Source: Candidatus Wolfebacteria bacterium GW2011_GWB1_47_1 (lineage in GTDB: Bacteria; Patescibacteriota; Minisyncoccia; UBA6257; UBA9933). From it: a stretch of DNA of 64,000 nucleotides. The stretch lies in the NCBI GenBank assembly GCA_001029635.1, contig CP011209.1:811969-875968 (forward strand). Direction: 5' to 3'. Below are positions 12,235 to 21,027 of the stretch, piece by piece. The first letter of the stretch is position 1. Each line of letters begins with the position of its first letter. The notes under the pieces were generated by a model, which was given only the letters and a program-made list of their open reading frames with translations, was not told the DNA's origin and made no database searches. Position numbers and translations under genes: made by a program.

Positions 12235-12864
12235 CTATATACCCCCCTCCTTCCGCCCGCTCTTGCGGCGGAAATGATCCCACACCCACCAACCAAAGCC
12301 AAGCAATATCAAGGCGACAATCGCATAATCAAACTTTCTATAGTATAGTTCAATACTTTGCCAATTCTCCCCCAATACAAACCCGATCTTTGCCAATACA
12401 TACGACCAGATGAACGCGCCTACAAATGTCAGCCAGGTAAATCGCCATACGGAATGCACTTTAATGACGCCTAGCGGAAACGAAATAAATGTGCGCACTA
12501 CCGGCAGCATGCGCGAGATCAAGATTGCCCAATCCCCGTATTTATCCATCCACACATGCGCCCGTGCTATTTCTGCCTGCACGCGTTCGCTTCGGCGCAT
12601 TGTGCGGCGTCCGCGCACCAAATATCCAATATAGTAGGAGATCAGCGAGCCGAGCACATTACCCATCGTCCCGGCAAGTACGACCCACCAAAAGCCAAAT
12701 ATGCTTTGCGAGGCAAGGAATCCGGAAAACGGCAGGATGACCTCCGACGGGATCGGGATGTTCATCGACTCAAGTGCCGATAACAATAAGATGCCCGCGT
12801 ATCCCATTTGCGTAATCACTGCAAGCACCCAGTTTGAAATTATTGCGAGAATTGTATGTATCAT
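12235..12864 (-). CDS. DedA/SNARE-associated (VTT domain) membrane protein
   Basis: 209 aa, multi-TM, with the typical DedA layout (GYAGILLLSALESMNIPIPSEVILPFSGFLAS...GNVLGSLISYYIGY). Confidence 0.7.
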   Translation of the reverse strand: MIHTILAIISNWVLAVITQMGYAGILLLSALESMNIPIPSEVILPFSGFLASQSIFGFWWVVLAGTMGNVLGSLISYYIGYLVRGRRTMRRSERVQAEIARAHVWMDKYGDWAILISRMLPVVRTFISFPLGVIKVHSVWRFTWLTFVGAFIWSYVLAKIGFVLGENWQSIELYYRKFDYAIVALILLGFGWWVWDHFRRKSGRKEGGI

Positions 12865-12909
12865 AAATTAGAGTTTAGAGGTTCGATAGCGAACCGATTA
12901 CCCACTTCT

Positions 12910-13938
12910 TTATATTGCATTTTTCTTACCTCTCATCTCTTTTTTCTTGTCCTCACCCCGCAACATCGCCACGGCATCGTCCGGATCTACAACATTAACT
13001 TCCACCCCCGTTCCCAATTCAAATCCTGCCGCAATACTTGTCTTCGGCTGGATCTCGATATGCCAATGGTAGTGGCCGTACTTTTCCTTATCCCGGATCG
13101 GAGCCGTATGGATAAAGAAATTGTAATCCGGATCGTGCAACTGCACTTCCAAAAGGAGAAGCGCCTTTTGTAATGCATCCACTATGTATTTCATCGTTCG
13201 TTCATCCGTATCCTCGAAATAGGGTAAGTGCTTCTTTGGGAAGACTCTCAATTCAAATGGCTCTCGTGACACAAATGGCGCAAACACGATCGCCTCCTTA
13301 TTCTCGTAGATCACCCGCAGTTTTTTCTTCTTTTCAAACCCAATCATCGTGCAATGTACGCAAGTGCCATGCTTTTCAAAATAACCAGCAGAACCGCGCA
13401 GCGACCGGAATACGTCAGGCGGAATGATCGGTAATGATAATATCTGAAAATGCGGGTGATAGATCGATGCTCCTGCGGATGCTCCCCAGTTGTGGAATAT
13501 GGATACATACTTCACACATGCGTCATGCATCATTGCCACATACCGCTCCTTAAATGCTTTAAACACTATATCCGCCATAAAGTCGCTCAAGTGTGCGAAA
13601 TTCGTATTGTGGTCGCGGGTAATGACGATATCGTGGTGTCCCACCCCCTCCATAACCTGATAGGGACCCTTTTCGGACTTTGCAGCGCATAGCTCGCGAT
13701 GCGCAAGCACGGGGAACTTATTAGGAATCACTTGCAGGGTCCACGTTTTTTCATCAGTATACAATAACACCGGCTCATCGTTTCCGTTCTTTTGCGGATC
13801 TTCAAATGGACATTTACTCTTTGAAATTCGTTTTCGTTTTGTCTTTGAAAAAAATTGCTCTGGGCGTGCGGCACGCTTGGGGGCAACGACCACCCAGTCG
13901 CCGGATACCATATCTTGTCGGAATTCGGAATTCTGCAT
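12910..13938 (-). CDS. galT: Galactose-1-phosphate uridylyltransferase (HIT superfamily, class I GalT)
   Basis: CPFE zinc-site region, HNWGASAGASIYHPHFQI aligning to GalT NKGAAMGCSNPHPHGQI, and a second half-site HYHWHIEIQPK. Confidence 0.75.
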   Translation of the reverse strand: MQNSEFRQDMVSGDWVVVAPKRAARPEQFFSKTKRKRISKSKCPFEDPQKNGNDEPVLLYTDEKTWTLQVIPNKFPVLAHRELCAAKSEKGPYQVMEGVGHHDIVITRDHNTNFAHLSDFMADIVFKAFKERYVAMMHDACVKYVSIFHNWGASAGASIYHPHFQILSLPIIPPDVFRSLRGSAGYFEKHGTCVHCTMIGFEKKKKLRVIYENKEAIVFAPFVSREPFELRVFPKKHLPYFEDTDERTMKYIVDALQKALLLLEVQLHDPDYNFFIHTAPIRDKEKYGHYHWHIEIQPKTSIAAGFELGTGVEVNVVDPDDAVAMLRGEDKKKEMRGKKNAI

Positions 13939-14008
13939 GCAAAATGAAAAACGGAATATGAAATATGGGAAGAGATTTTAGCGCACCCTTTTCCCTATTC
14001 CATTTTTC

Positions 14009-15883
14009 CTATTTCGATATTCTGTTTTCATAATACCATCTAAACACATCGTATGCCACCGGGACGGAATTACTTCCTCCCTCGCGCGCATCTTCGATTA
14101 ATACCAAAATTACGATCTTCTTTTCTTCTCCCACTGGACCGTATCCGGTAAAGAACGCGTTCGTTTTCTGCTTCATCGAAACCTGCGCGGACCCCGTCTT
14201 TCCCGCGACAACGAATGGCAGATTTTTTAATAGCTTCGCCGTACCATACTCCTTTTGCGTCGTTTCGATCATTCCTTTTTCCACCTCATTCATCGAACCC
14301 GCCAATTGTGAAATGTCGCGTAATATTTCCGGTTGCTGTTCCTTGATCGTCTCTCCTTTCTCATTTACCAACTTCTTCATAATGAAGGGTCTATACATCT
14401 TTCCTTTTGTCGAAATGGATGCAATGTAGTTTATCAGCTCGATCGGCGTTGTCGTCAGATCTCCCTGTCCGATACTTACGTTATAGGTATCACCGATGCG
14501 CCACGGCAATTTAGTTCGCTCTTCCTTTTCTTCGATACTCGGCAAAAATCCAACCTTTTCTCCCGGCATATCAATTCCCGTCTTTTCATCCAATCCGAAT
14601 GTATGCCAATACGAACGCAATCGTTCAATACCAAGCCCCTTGATATCCTCAAATCCCCCTCCGGTCGCATAAAAATAGATATTACTCGATCGCGCAAGCG
14701 CAGAATATACATTCACCCATCCGTGCGCCTTCCAATCAACAAACCGCGATGGTTGATCCGGATGATACGGATTGGGAATCTCGATATACCCCTTCGAATA
14801 GACGCTTTTATTCGTATCCACCACACCTTCATGCAATGCGGCGGTCGCAACCAACGGCTTAATGGTCGATGCGGGGTTATACAACCCCGAAACGACACGA
14901 TTAAACAACGGCCTATTGGGATTAACCAGATCTTCGCGCGTTATCTCATTATTATCAAATGTCGGCAAACTTACCATTGCCAATATCTCCCCCGTATCGG
15001 GATCCATGGCAATGCCCGCCCCCGCCGTCCGCCCCATATTTTCCAGCTGTTCCTTAAGGCGTCCATAAAAATAGGTCTGCAAACCTCCGTCGATTGTCAG
15101 GTACGCATTTCTTCCCCGCTCCGGCGCGATCTCCGTCTGTTGCCCTAAGCTTTCATTCTTTGCATTACGATAGTCTATCGTGGCACCGTTAGTGCCGCGC
15201 AATTCTTCGTCATATTGCAATTCAAGACCTGACTTTCCGATTAGGTCATTGAGCAGCAGATCAGAATCCTTTTCCATATCTTTGTCCGAAACCAGTCCAA
15301 CATATCCCGTAACATGGCTGAACATCCCCGGCTCTTCATATTGTCGCGTAAAATCATTTTCAATCTGGATATCGTCAAATGAGAGGTTTTTTATTATTGC
15401 TACTTGTTCGATACTCAGCTCGCGCGCGATTACGATGGCACTTTGCCGTTCAAGATTCACGTTCGCAAGCCATGACTGCATATCTTCCTTATTAATGGCA
15501 ACGATCTGCGCCAACTGATCCAATTCCTGCCCCTGCACATCAGCCGGCTTCTTCAAAAAATCCGAAAGATTCAGCACGACACGAAATGTTGCAATATTTC
15601 TTACGAGTGGCGTATCATTGCGATCAAAAAAGATCCCCCGCTCTGCGGGCCGAACGGTAACATCACTTACATTCGCGACCGCCCTATTTTTATAAAACGT
15701 CCCCGCATTGACGCCCAAGAAAAAAACCTTTCCGGATACTATCGCAACCACGATCGCAGCCATTGCTATTACTAGCGTAAATGTCCCTTTTGAGAGCGGT
15801 ATTTCCATGCAATCCAAACTAGACGTCATGTCGTCAAGCACCGATTCTTCCAAAAAAAGCTCCGAATCCTTTTGTCGCCACAT
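14009..15883 (-). CDS. mrdA: Penicillin-binding protein 2 / peptidoglycan D,D-transpeptidase
   Basis: N-terminal TM, SxxK (ASTIKP), SxN (SSN) and KTG (GKTGSAQV) motifs. 624 aa. Confidence 0.8.
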   Translation of the reverse strand: MWRQKDSELFLEESVLDDMTSSLDCMEIPLSKGTFTLVIAMAAIVVAIVSGKVFFLGVNAGTFYKNRAVANVSDVTVRPAERGIFFDRNDTPLVRNIATFRVVLNLSDFLKKPADVQGQELDQLAQIVAINKEDMQSWLANVNLERQSAIVIARELSIEQVAIIKNLSFDDIQIENDFTRQYEEPGMFSHVTGYVGLVSDKDMEKDSDLLLNDLIGKSGLELQYDEELRGTNGATIDYRNAKNESLGQQTEIAPERGRNAYLTIDGGLQTYFYGRLKEQLENMGRTAGAGIAMDPDTGEILAMVSLPTFDNNEITREDLVNPNRPLFNRVVSGLYNPASTIKPLVATAALHEGVVDTNKSVYSKGYIEIPNPYHPDQPSRFVDWKAHGWVNVYSALARSSNIYFYATGGGFEDIKGLGIERLRSYWHTFGLDEKTGIDMPGEKVGFLPSIEEKEERTKLPWRIGDTYNVSIGQGDLTTTPIELINYIASISTKGKMYRPFIMKKLVNEKGETIKEQQPEILRDISQLAGSMNEVEKGMIETTQKEYGTAKLLKNLPFVVAGKTGSAQVSMKQKTNAFFTGYGPVGEEKKIVILVLIEDAREGGSNSVPVAYDVFRWYYENRISK

Positions 15884-15949
15884 ATATTGGCTATAATATA
15901 CGAGAATTGTGGGGAAATCAAAAGGTTATTTTTATCCTCCCCATATCTC

Positions 15950-16155
15950 ACTCCCCGCAGATGCGGGATTTATCTTCTCCCTACTTTTTTAGTAGAAGTA
16001 GGGCAAAAAGCGCGAGCAAACTAAAAATAGGACTAGGCTCAAAAATCTCTGACAAAATTAAAAATCACCCGTTTAGCAACAGGACCCAGATTTTTAATTT
16101 TTATGGAGATTTTCTTCGCCCACTTAACCCTATTTTTTACAGCTCGCAAATGGAA
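15950..16155. repeat. MITE-like repeat, family A, copy 3. Short variant: X-start hairpin plus Y-module.
   Basis: cgcagatgcggg...ctacttttttagtagaagtaggg followed by gcgcgagcaaactaaaaatag...cccgttt...gacccagatttttaatttt...ttttcttcgccca...ttttttacagctcgcaaat. Confidence 0.6.
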
Positions 16156-16192
16156 TACAAAAAGAGGCGCGATGCGCCTCTTTCGCATTTTC

Positions 16193-17512
16193 TCACTCTT
16201 CACTGAATGACATTTCTTGTGGCGGAATGAGCGTCGGATCAGTCGGTATTGTGATATGAAACACACTTCCCCGATTCAGCTGCGACTCTGCCCAGATGTC
16301 TCCCCCGTGGCGCCGCACAATGTTTTTTGTGATATACAAGCCCAACCCAGTTCCATCGGCAACGGTCTTTTGTGCGTTATCCGCGCGGAAGAACTTCGTG
16401 AATAACCGCTGCATTTCCTCTGCCGGAATCCCGATTCCCGTATCCCTTATACTCATTTCCACATATGGTTTTTCTACCTGCTGTTCGATCTCGACAGTCA
16501 CCTCTCCGTTTTCGATATTATATTTAATCGCGTTCGATACCAGATTCGACAGCACAATACCAAGCTTTTGTGGATCTATGGATACGGGAATCGGGTTTGC
16601 CGATTTTTTCAAATACAATTTAATTCCCATTTCCTGCGCATACGGCATAATCTCACTTAATACCTGTTCCGCAAACACATTAATATCCATATCCTGGAAT
16701 TTGTACCCATAGCGGCCCTCCTCAATCTGCGACACATCGAGTAGGTCATTCACTGTCTTTAATATATTGCTCGCGGCCATAACCCCCATATCAACCATCT
16801 CCTTCTGACTCTCCGGCATCGTTTCCTTTGCTAGTGACTCGAATATCCAATTAATGGAAGTCAGCGGAGTGCGCAATTGGTGCGCTGCAACTTCGATAAA
16901 TTCGCTCTTTGACTTGAGCATCGACACCTCTCTGGTTCGGTTATGAATAATTTTCACAAATCCCAGTAGTACGCCATTGGGGTCGACGATCCGGTCTGTC
17001 GTAATTCGTAACTCCGTCGTTGGGTTTGTGAACGACATATCAACCACCTGCGGGTATGCGCCCCCCTCGGAACGGCGCACGACTGATGGCGCTATCGACG
17101 GGTACAATATCTGTGTTAGTACGGTAAATTTCGCATCCTTCGCGTACTCAGGAGTCATCATCTTACCAATCACATCCGCAGCCACAACGCCCGTCACTTG
17201 CTCGGCTGCCTTGTTTATCATCACAATCCGAAAATTCTGATCGTACGCGATCAATCCATCAAGCAGATTTGCCATAATACTCCCTAGCTCATTGCGCTCT
17301 ATCTTGATCTCTCCGTTGAGCCGCGCAATGCGGACACCATTCAGCAAGATAATAGACCCCATTACGATAAAGATACCTGCACTGATTACAATCCAGATCG
17401 GCTCCAAATAAAACGAGTTAATACCCAATACTACGATTGCAAGCGGCAAAAAATACCAGAAAGGACGCATTTCCGGCATTTTTAAATATGATGTTTTCAT
17501 TCCGCTTACCAT
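16193..17512 (-). CDS. Sensor histidine kinase (two TM, PAS-like, HisKA, HATPase_c)
   Basis: H-box AAHQLRTPLTSI, N-box LSNLVSNAIKY and G-box GTGLGLYITKNIV. Its start overlaps the stop of the upstream gene (ATGA). Confidence 0.85.
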   Translation of the reverse strand: MVSGMKTSYLKMPEMRPFWYFLPLAIVVLGINSFYLEPIWIVISAGIFIVMGSIILLNGVRIARLNGEIKIERNELGSIMANLLDGLIAYDQNFRIVMINKAAEQVTGVVAADVIGKMMTPEYAKDAKFTVLTQILYPSIAPSVVRRSEGGAYPQVVDMSFTNPTTELRITTDRIVDPNGVLLGFVKIIHNRTREVSMLKSKSEFIEVAAHQLRTPLTSINWIFESLAKETMPESQKEMVDMGVMAASNILKTVNDLLDVSQIEEGRYGYKFQDMDINVFAEQVLSEIMPYAQEMGIKLYLKKSANPIPVSIDPQKLGIVLSNLVSNAIKYNIENGEVTVEIEQQVEKPYVEMSIRDTGIGIPAEEMQRLFTKFFRADNAQKTVADGTGLGLYITKNIVRRHGGDIWAESQLNRGSVFHITIPTDPTLIPPQEMSFSEE

Positions 17513-18621
17513 TATTGCAATTGCAGACTGTAGAGTTTTCTATCGTATCGGTTTATAAACAGTATCTTGTCGTCCAATACGGTCAAATCGGTCGCATCGA
17601 TCTTTGGTTCTTCGTCCTCAAATATCGCACGAATGCCATTCGTTGTCAGATCGATCTGATATATTCCATCCTGGAAATATACGCTTCGCTTCAGATATTC
17701 ATCCGGAAGAACCATATGCGTCAATGCTTCCTGATCACGGGGAATAGCACAATACATTTGCGTCGATGTCGCCATAACACACTTATCGGGCAGGGTAATA
17801 AACCGCAAGGACATTGATTCCACTCCCTTATCGTCGATAACCGCCAATTTATGCCCCCTCCCTTCAGTGGTCGTGAACTTCAATGCCCGGTCTCCTAACG
17901 GAGACCACTGTACCATGAGACCACGTCCTGATAAAAACTTTGAGAGCTTCTTCGTCCCCAAATCAATCTTCCATAGGTCAGATACATATTCGGCCGATGG
18001 GGGTTGTGTTAAATAGAGCGATTCTTTTTGTGGCCATTGCAAGTCAAATCCTTTCACGTTTAAACTTATGATCTTCTGAGGAGCTGCTTGTTCATTTTTT
18101 ATATCTTGAACCATAATCTGCGGTACGATAGTTCCTGAGTCATTCCCCGCTATTATCATTGCTATTTTCCCATCCCCCCCCCATGCAACATTATCAACGC
18201 CAATAAAATCCCTAATACGATCAATACTTATTCCGTCATATATTACACCATCCCCATCTTGACCTAATTTCGAAAAAATCCATCTACCTGAAGATGATAC
18301 CTCAATATCAACCCCTTGCAGTCCACTTTCGCTAGTTATCTCTGTTCCGTTGCTTTCTATTTCCACAACTGATCCATTTTCTGCAATATATATAATCTTT
18401 GAAGATGTAGCTACTTCCTGCACCCAATATGTCTTCACTTGTCGAGAACTCATCATTAGCAACTTCTCCACTTTAGGTTCTATCGGAGTAATCCCCCCTC
18501 CTATTATCTCCGGAATTACTTCTATTATCTGCTTCCTATTTTGCCATGCGAAATACGCACCAACACCAAGTGCAACAACCCCTAAAATAATTCCAATTGT
18601 GATAAGCCACTTTTTATTCAT
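17512..18621 (-). CDS. Hypothetical membrane-anchored secreted protein with a beta-rich (propeller-like) domain
   Basis: 369 aa with an N-terminal TM. Translationally coupled to the histidine kinase. It is the last gene of the T4SS-like cluster. Confidence 0.55.
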   Translation of the reverse strand: MNKKWLITIGIILGVVALGVGAYFAWQNRKQIIEVIPEIIGGGITPIEPKVEKLLMMSSRQVKTYWVQEVATSSKIIYIAENGSVVEIESNGTEITSESGLQGVDIEVSSSGRWIFSKLGQDGDGVIYDGISIDRIRDFIGVDNVAWGGDGKIAMIIAGNDSGTIVPQIMVQDIKNEQAAPQKIISLNVKGFDLQWPQKESLYLTQPPSAEYVSDLWKIDLGTKKLSKFLSGRGLMVQWSPLGDRALKFTTTEGRGHKLAVIDDKGVESMSLRFITLPDKCVMATSTQMYCAIPRDQEALTHMVLPDEYLKRSVYFQDGIYQIDLTTNGIRAIFEDEEPKIDATDLTVLDDKILFINRYDRKLYSLQLQ

Positions 18622-18635
18622 TGCTCTTAGCCATA

Positions 18636-19643
18636 TTATAATCGTACATGCAGGTGCCCCCCGGTCGTCGTCGTAAATGATTGCGGATTGCTCCCCACTG
18701 AATACTCATTCACCACATTTAACCCCGCCGCTCGCGCAGCATTTATAAAAGCGTTCACTCTCGCTGCGGTTATACTCCCCATCAATCCAATATCGACACA
18801 TGTTCCATTAAAATGGCAACTCGACATATGATCCACCGTTGGTGGATACCCTTCAGTCATGCGCCATTGCAACCCAGCAGCTGTTGCTTTTGTCTGTAGC
18901 ACATTCAGGGCCGCTATCAAATTTCTATTAGTCTGGCACCCTGCCCCAAAACAGGCTCCTTGCTTTACAATAAACGTCCCTCCTCCTCCGAAACTAGGCG
19001 AAGCGCAATCTACGCATGACTGAAGTTTTGCCGCCAACTCGGGCTTCGCTCCTCCGTATAAATTCACCGCGCCTTGTATTGTCTGTGCCGCTGTTATCGC
19101 TGTCGACGTCGCACCTTCATCGGTCATCGATATACCTATCTCCGTAAACTGCCTTGGCGTTATCTTTTCCTTCGGTTGCAATGCACTTTGGATGCGTGAG
19201 ATGTTGATAATATTCGGGTTGATCGTATTAAAGATTACCTGAGCCCCAAACAATAGCACAATCCCTTTGAGCGCATTTTTTATATACTCATTGCTTTGTT
19301 TTATTTTACCAATATCGGCGGAAACAGTACGCAACACTCCTCCGTAGATAATCACCCCTACTGCCACAATCCCCACCAGCCCCATGAGGTACTTGTAGAT
19401 CAAAAAAACAAGGTCTGCAGGACCCATTGCCCCCTGTACGATCGGGGGTAGATACCTTGGCGTATATAATTCACCTCCGGTCTGCCCCGGGTTTGCGGCT
19501 GCTGTCGATTGCGCATTCACCAACTCCGGAACAAACAATACGCCGACACATACTAACGCAAAACAAATAACTACTTCTATTACTGCAGCCTGTGATCGAC
19601 GTACCATATGATTCATTATATCGAAAAATGTCTTGATTGTCAT
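18636..19643 (-). CDS. T4SS-associated fusion protein. N-terminal VirB2/TrbC-like pilin-type double-TM domain, C-terminal M15-type (LAS) zinc peptidase.
   Basis: N-terminal half: two hydrophobic helices (VICFALVCVGVLFV, LMGLVGIVAVGVIIYGG). C-terminal half: SCHFNGTCVDI (SxHxxGxAxD) and GGHLHV (HxH) motifs. Confidence 0.5.
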   Translation of the reverse strand: MTIKTFFDIMNHMVRRSQAAVIEVVICFALVCVGVLFVPELVNAQSTAAANPGQTGGELYTPRYLPPIVQGAMGPADLVFLIYKYLMGLVGIVAVGVIIYGGVLRTVSADIGKIKQSNEYIKNALKGIVLLFGAQVIFNTINPNIINISRIQSALQPKEKITPRQFTEIGISMTDEGATSTAITAAQTIQGAVNLYGGAKPELAAKLQSCVDCASPSFGGGGTFIVKQGACFGAGCQTNRNLIAALNVLQTKATAAGLQWRMTEGYPPTVDHMSSCHFNGTCVDIGLMGSITAARVNAFINAARAAGLNVVNEYSVGSNPQSFTTTTGGHLHVRL

Positions 19644-19666
19644 GCACTTATTGTGACCTTCCTCAT

Positions 19667-20374
19667 TTACGGCATCTCCACAAAAACCTTGTTTCTGACG
19701 TTTTCAATCGCCTTACGCTGATTAATGATGATCGCTTCTATCGTCGATCTCGATCCAGGCGGAATGTCGCTCCCTACAGTGAATAGCAATGCTGCCTCAT
19801 CCGCCTTCTTCGTATCAAGTGCCTTCCCGTCGATAGTCCACTGGAGATTCAGTGTGCGCACATCCGTCGTATTAAAAAAGAATGGCCATGCATACATTGC
19901 GTTCTCGCCCCGCTCGATGCCCTTTTTAAAATAGGGCACATCAATGACCACTTCCGGCTTTCGTATCGGAATATCGAATGTCTTTTCATACAGCTTCCCG
20001 TTGTAGCTGGGGATCGTTATCTTTATCGATGAGACTCCTCCGCCATACTTCTTATTCACGATAATAACCCTCTTTATTCCCAATCCATTTAGCTCGTTCT
20101 TTACCAGCTTACCGTCCACATACCATCTAACCCCGGTTTGAGACAAATCCGCTATCTTCCCATCTTCGATAAGTTCAAAAGTGATTGTTATCGCGCTTTC
20201 ATGCGTCGGGAATGCGCGACCTTCATACCACGCAGGTACATACGTACGCGTCTGCCAGTTTGTCATGAACTCGGTTTCCGCATGCGCATGCGCAACTCCA
20301 CCCAATAGCACCACCATAGCTCCAACGACACCATACCAATATTTTTTTATATTCCGACGGGTTTTTTTCATCAT
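19667..20374 (-). CDS. Hypothetical secreted protein
   Basis: 235 aa with a signal peptide (MVVLLGGVAHAHA). Confidence 0.5.
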   Translation of the reverse strand: MMKKTRRNIKKYWYGVVGAMVVLLGGVAHAHAETEFMTNWQTRTYVPAWYEGRAFPTHESAITITFELIEDGKIADLSQTGVRWYVDGKLVKNELNGLGIKRVIIVNKKYGGGVSSIKITIPSYNGKLYEKTFDIPIRKPEVVIDVPYFKKGIERGENAMYAWPFFFNTTDVRTLNLQWTIDGKALDTKKADEAALLFTVGSDIPPGSRSTIEAIIINQRKAIENVRNKVFVEMP

Positions 20375-20397
20375 GCTTTTATAGTTAGATGCATTTC

Positions 20398-21012
20398 TTA
20401 TTCTCCCATTGCTATTTTACGACGTAGCTCTGCTGCTCGAATCTCATTCGACTCTCTTCTTTCGGCCATACGATCACCCACTCCACTTACCCTGCGCTGC
20501 GTAGGCATCTCCATACGCTGTCCAACCGCCGATGCATTTACCGTTACCACTTCCCTTCTTGCCGTTTCTGCGGTCGTTGCCGCTGTCTGAGCGCTTGCCG
20601 CAACGGTCGCGTTTCGCGCCGTAGCAGTTACAGCCCCTTTTCCTCTAGTTGCAATGATCTGCCCTGCAGGTCCCACGATCTTCTCGATCTTTTCTGAATT
20701 GTTGATCATCCAAATTCCGATCATTGTTGATATGGTCTTAATGGGCAATATCGTCCCCAGTATGCCATCTAAAACCCCCCCCAATGGTTGCACAATCAAT
20801 CGCTTGATCCCGACACCTCCGCGGAATATCATGTACATTTCCAATAGCGCAACCATTCCAATATTCATTATCTCAACCACCCCTATACCAGCTCCGAGCG
20901 TAACCAACAAAATAGCGACCTCAACAAGTTCTTCGATTCCTACAAGGAGTACGAGGAATATTGTTTCTGCCAGCCCGACTGTTTTTGTCTTTATTTCTTC
21001 GTCCATAGTCAT
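20398..21012 (-). CDS. Hypothetical multi-TM membrane protein, in the position of VirB3 or another T4SS inner-membrane component
   Basis: 204 aa with three hydrophobic helices. Directly downstream of VirB4. Confidence 0.45.
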   Translation of the reverse strand: MTMDEEIKTKTVGLAETIFLVLLVGIEELVEVAILLVTLGAGIGVVEIMNIGMVALLEMYMIFRGGVGIKRLIVQPLGGVLDGILGTILPIKTISTMIGIWMINNSEKIEKIVGPAGQIIATRGKGAVTATARNATVAASAQTAATTAETARREVVTVNASAVGQRMEMPTQRRVSGVGDRMAERRESNEIRAAELRRKIAMGE

Positions 21013-21027
21013 CGTTCGCTCCAGTCA

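Noticed and set aside
10689-12300. Search for a 16S rRNA and spacer tRNAs upstream of the 23S
   Set aside because: None found. The region holds a family A repeat, a terminator and a protein gene. The 16S is unlinked or lies elsewhere.
14333-15148. 271 aa plus-strand ORF antisense to the PBP2 gene, and similar long antisense ORFs (2825-3415, 31069-31641, 31964-32416, 57725-58180, 58280-58702)
   Set aside because: Each is fully embedded antisense in a well-supported conserved gene, has no RBS, and is rich in Arg, Ser and Pro. These are typical shadow ORFs.
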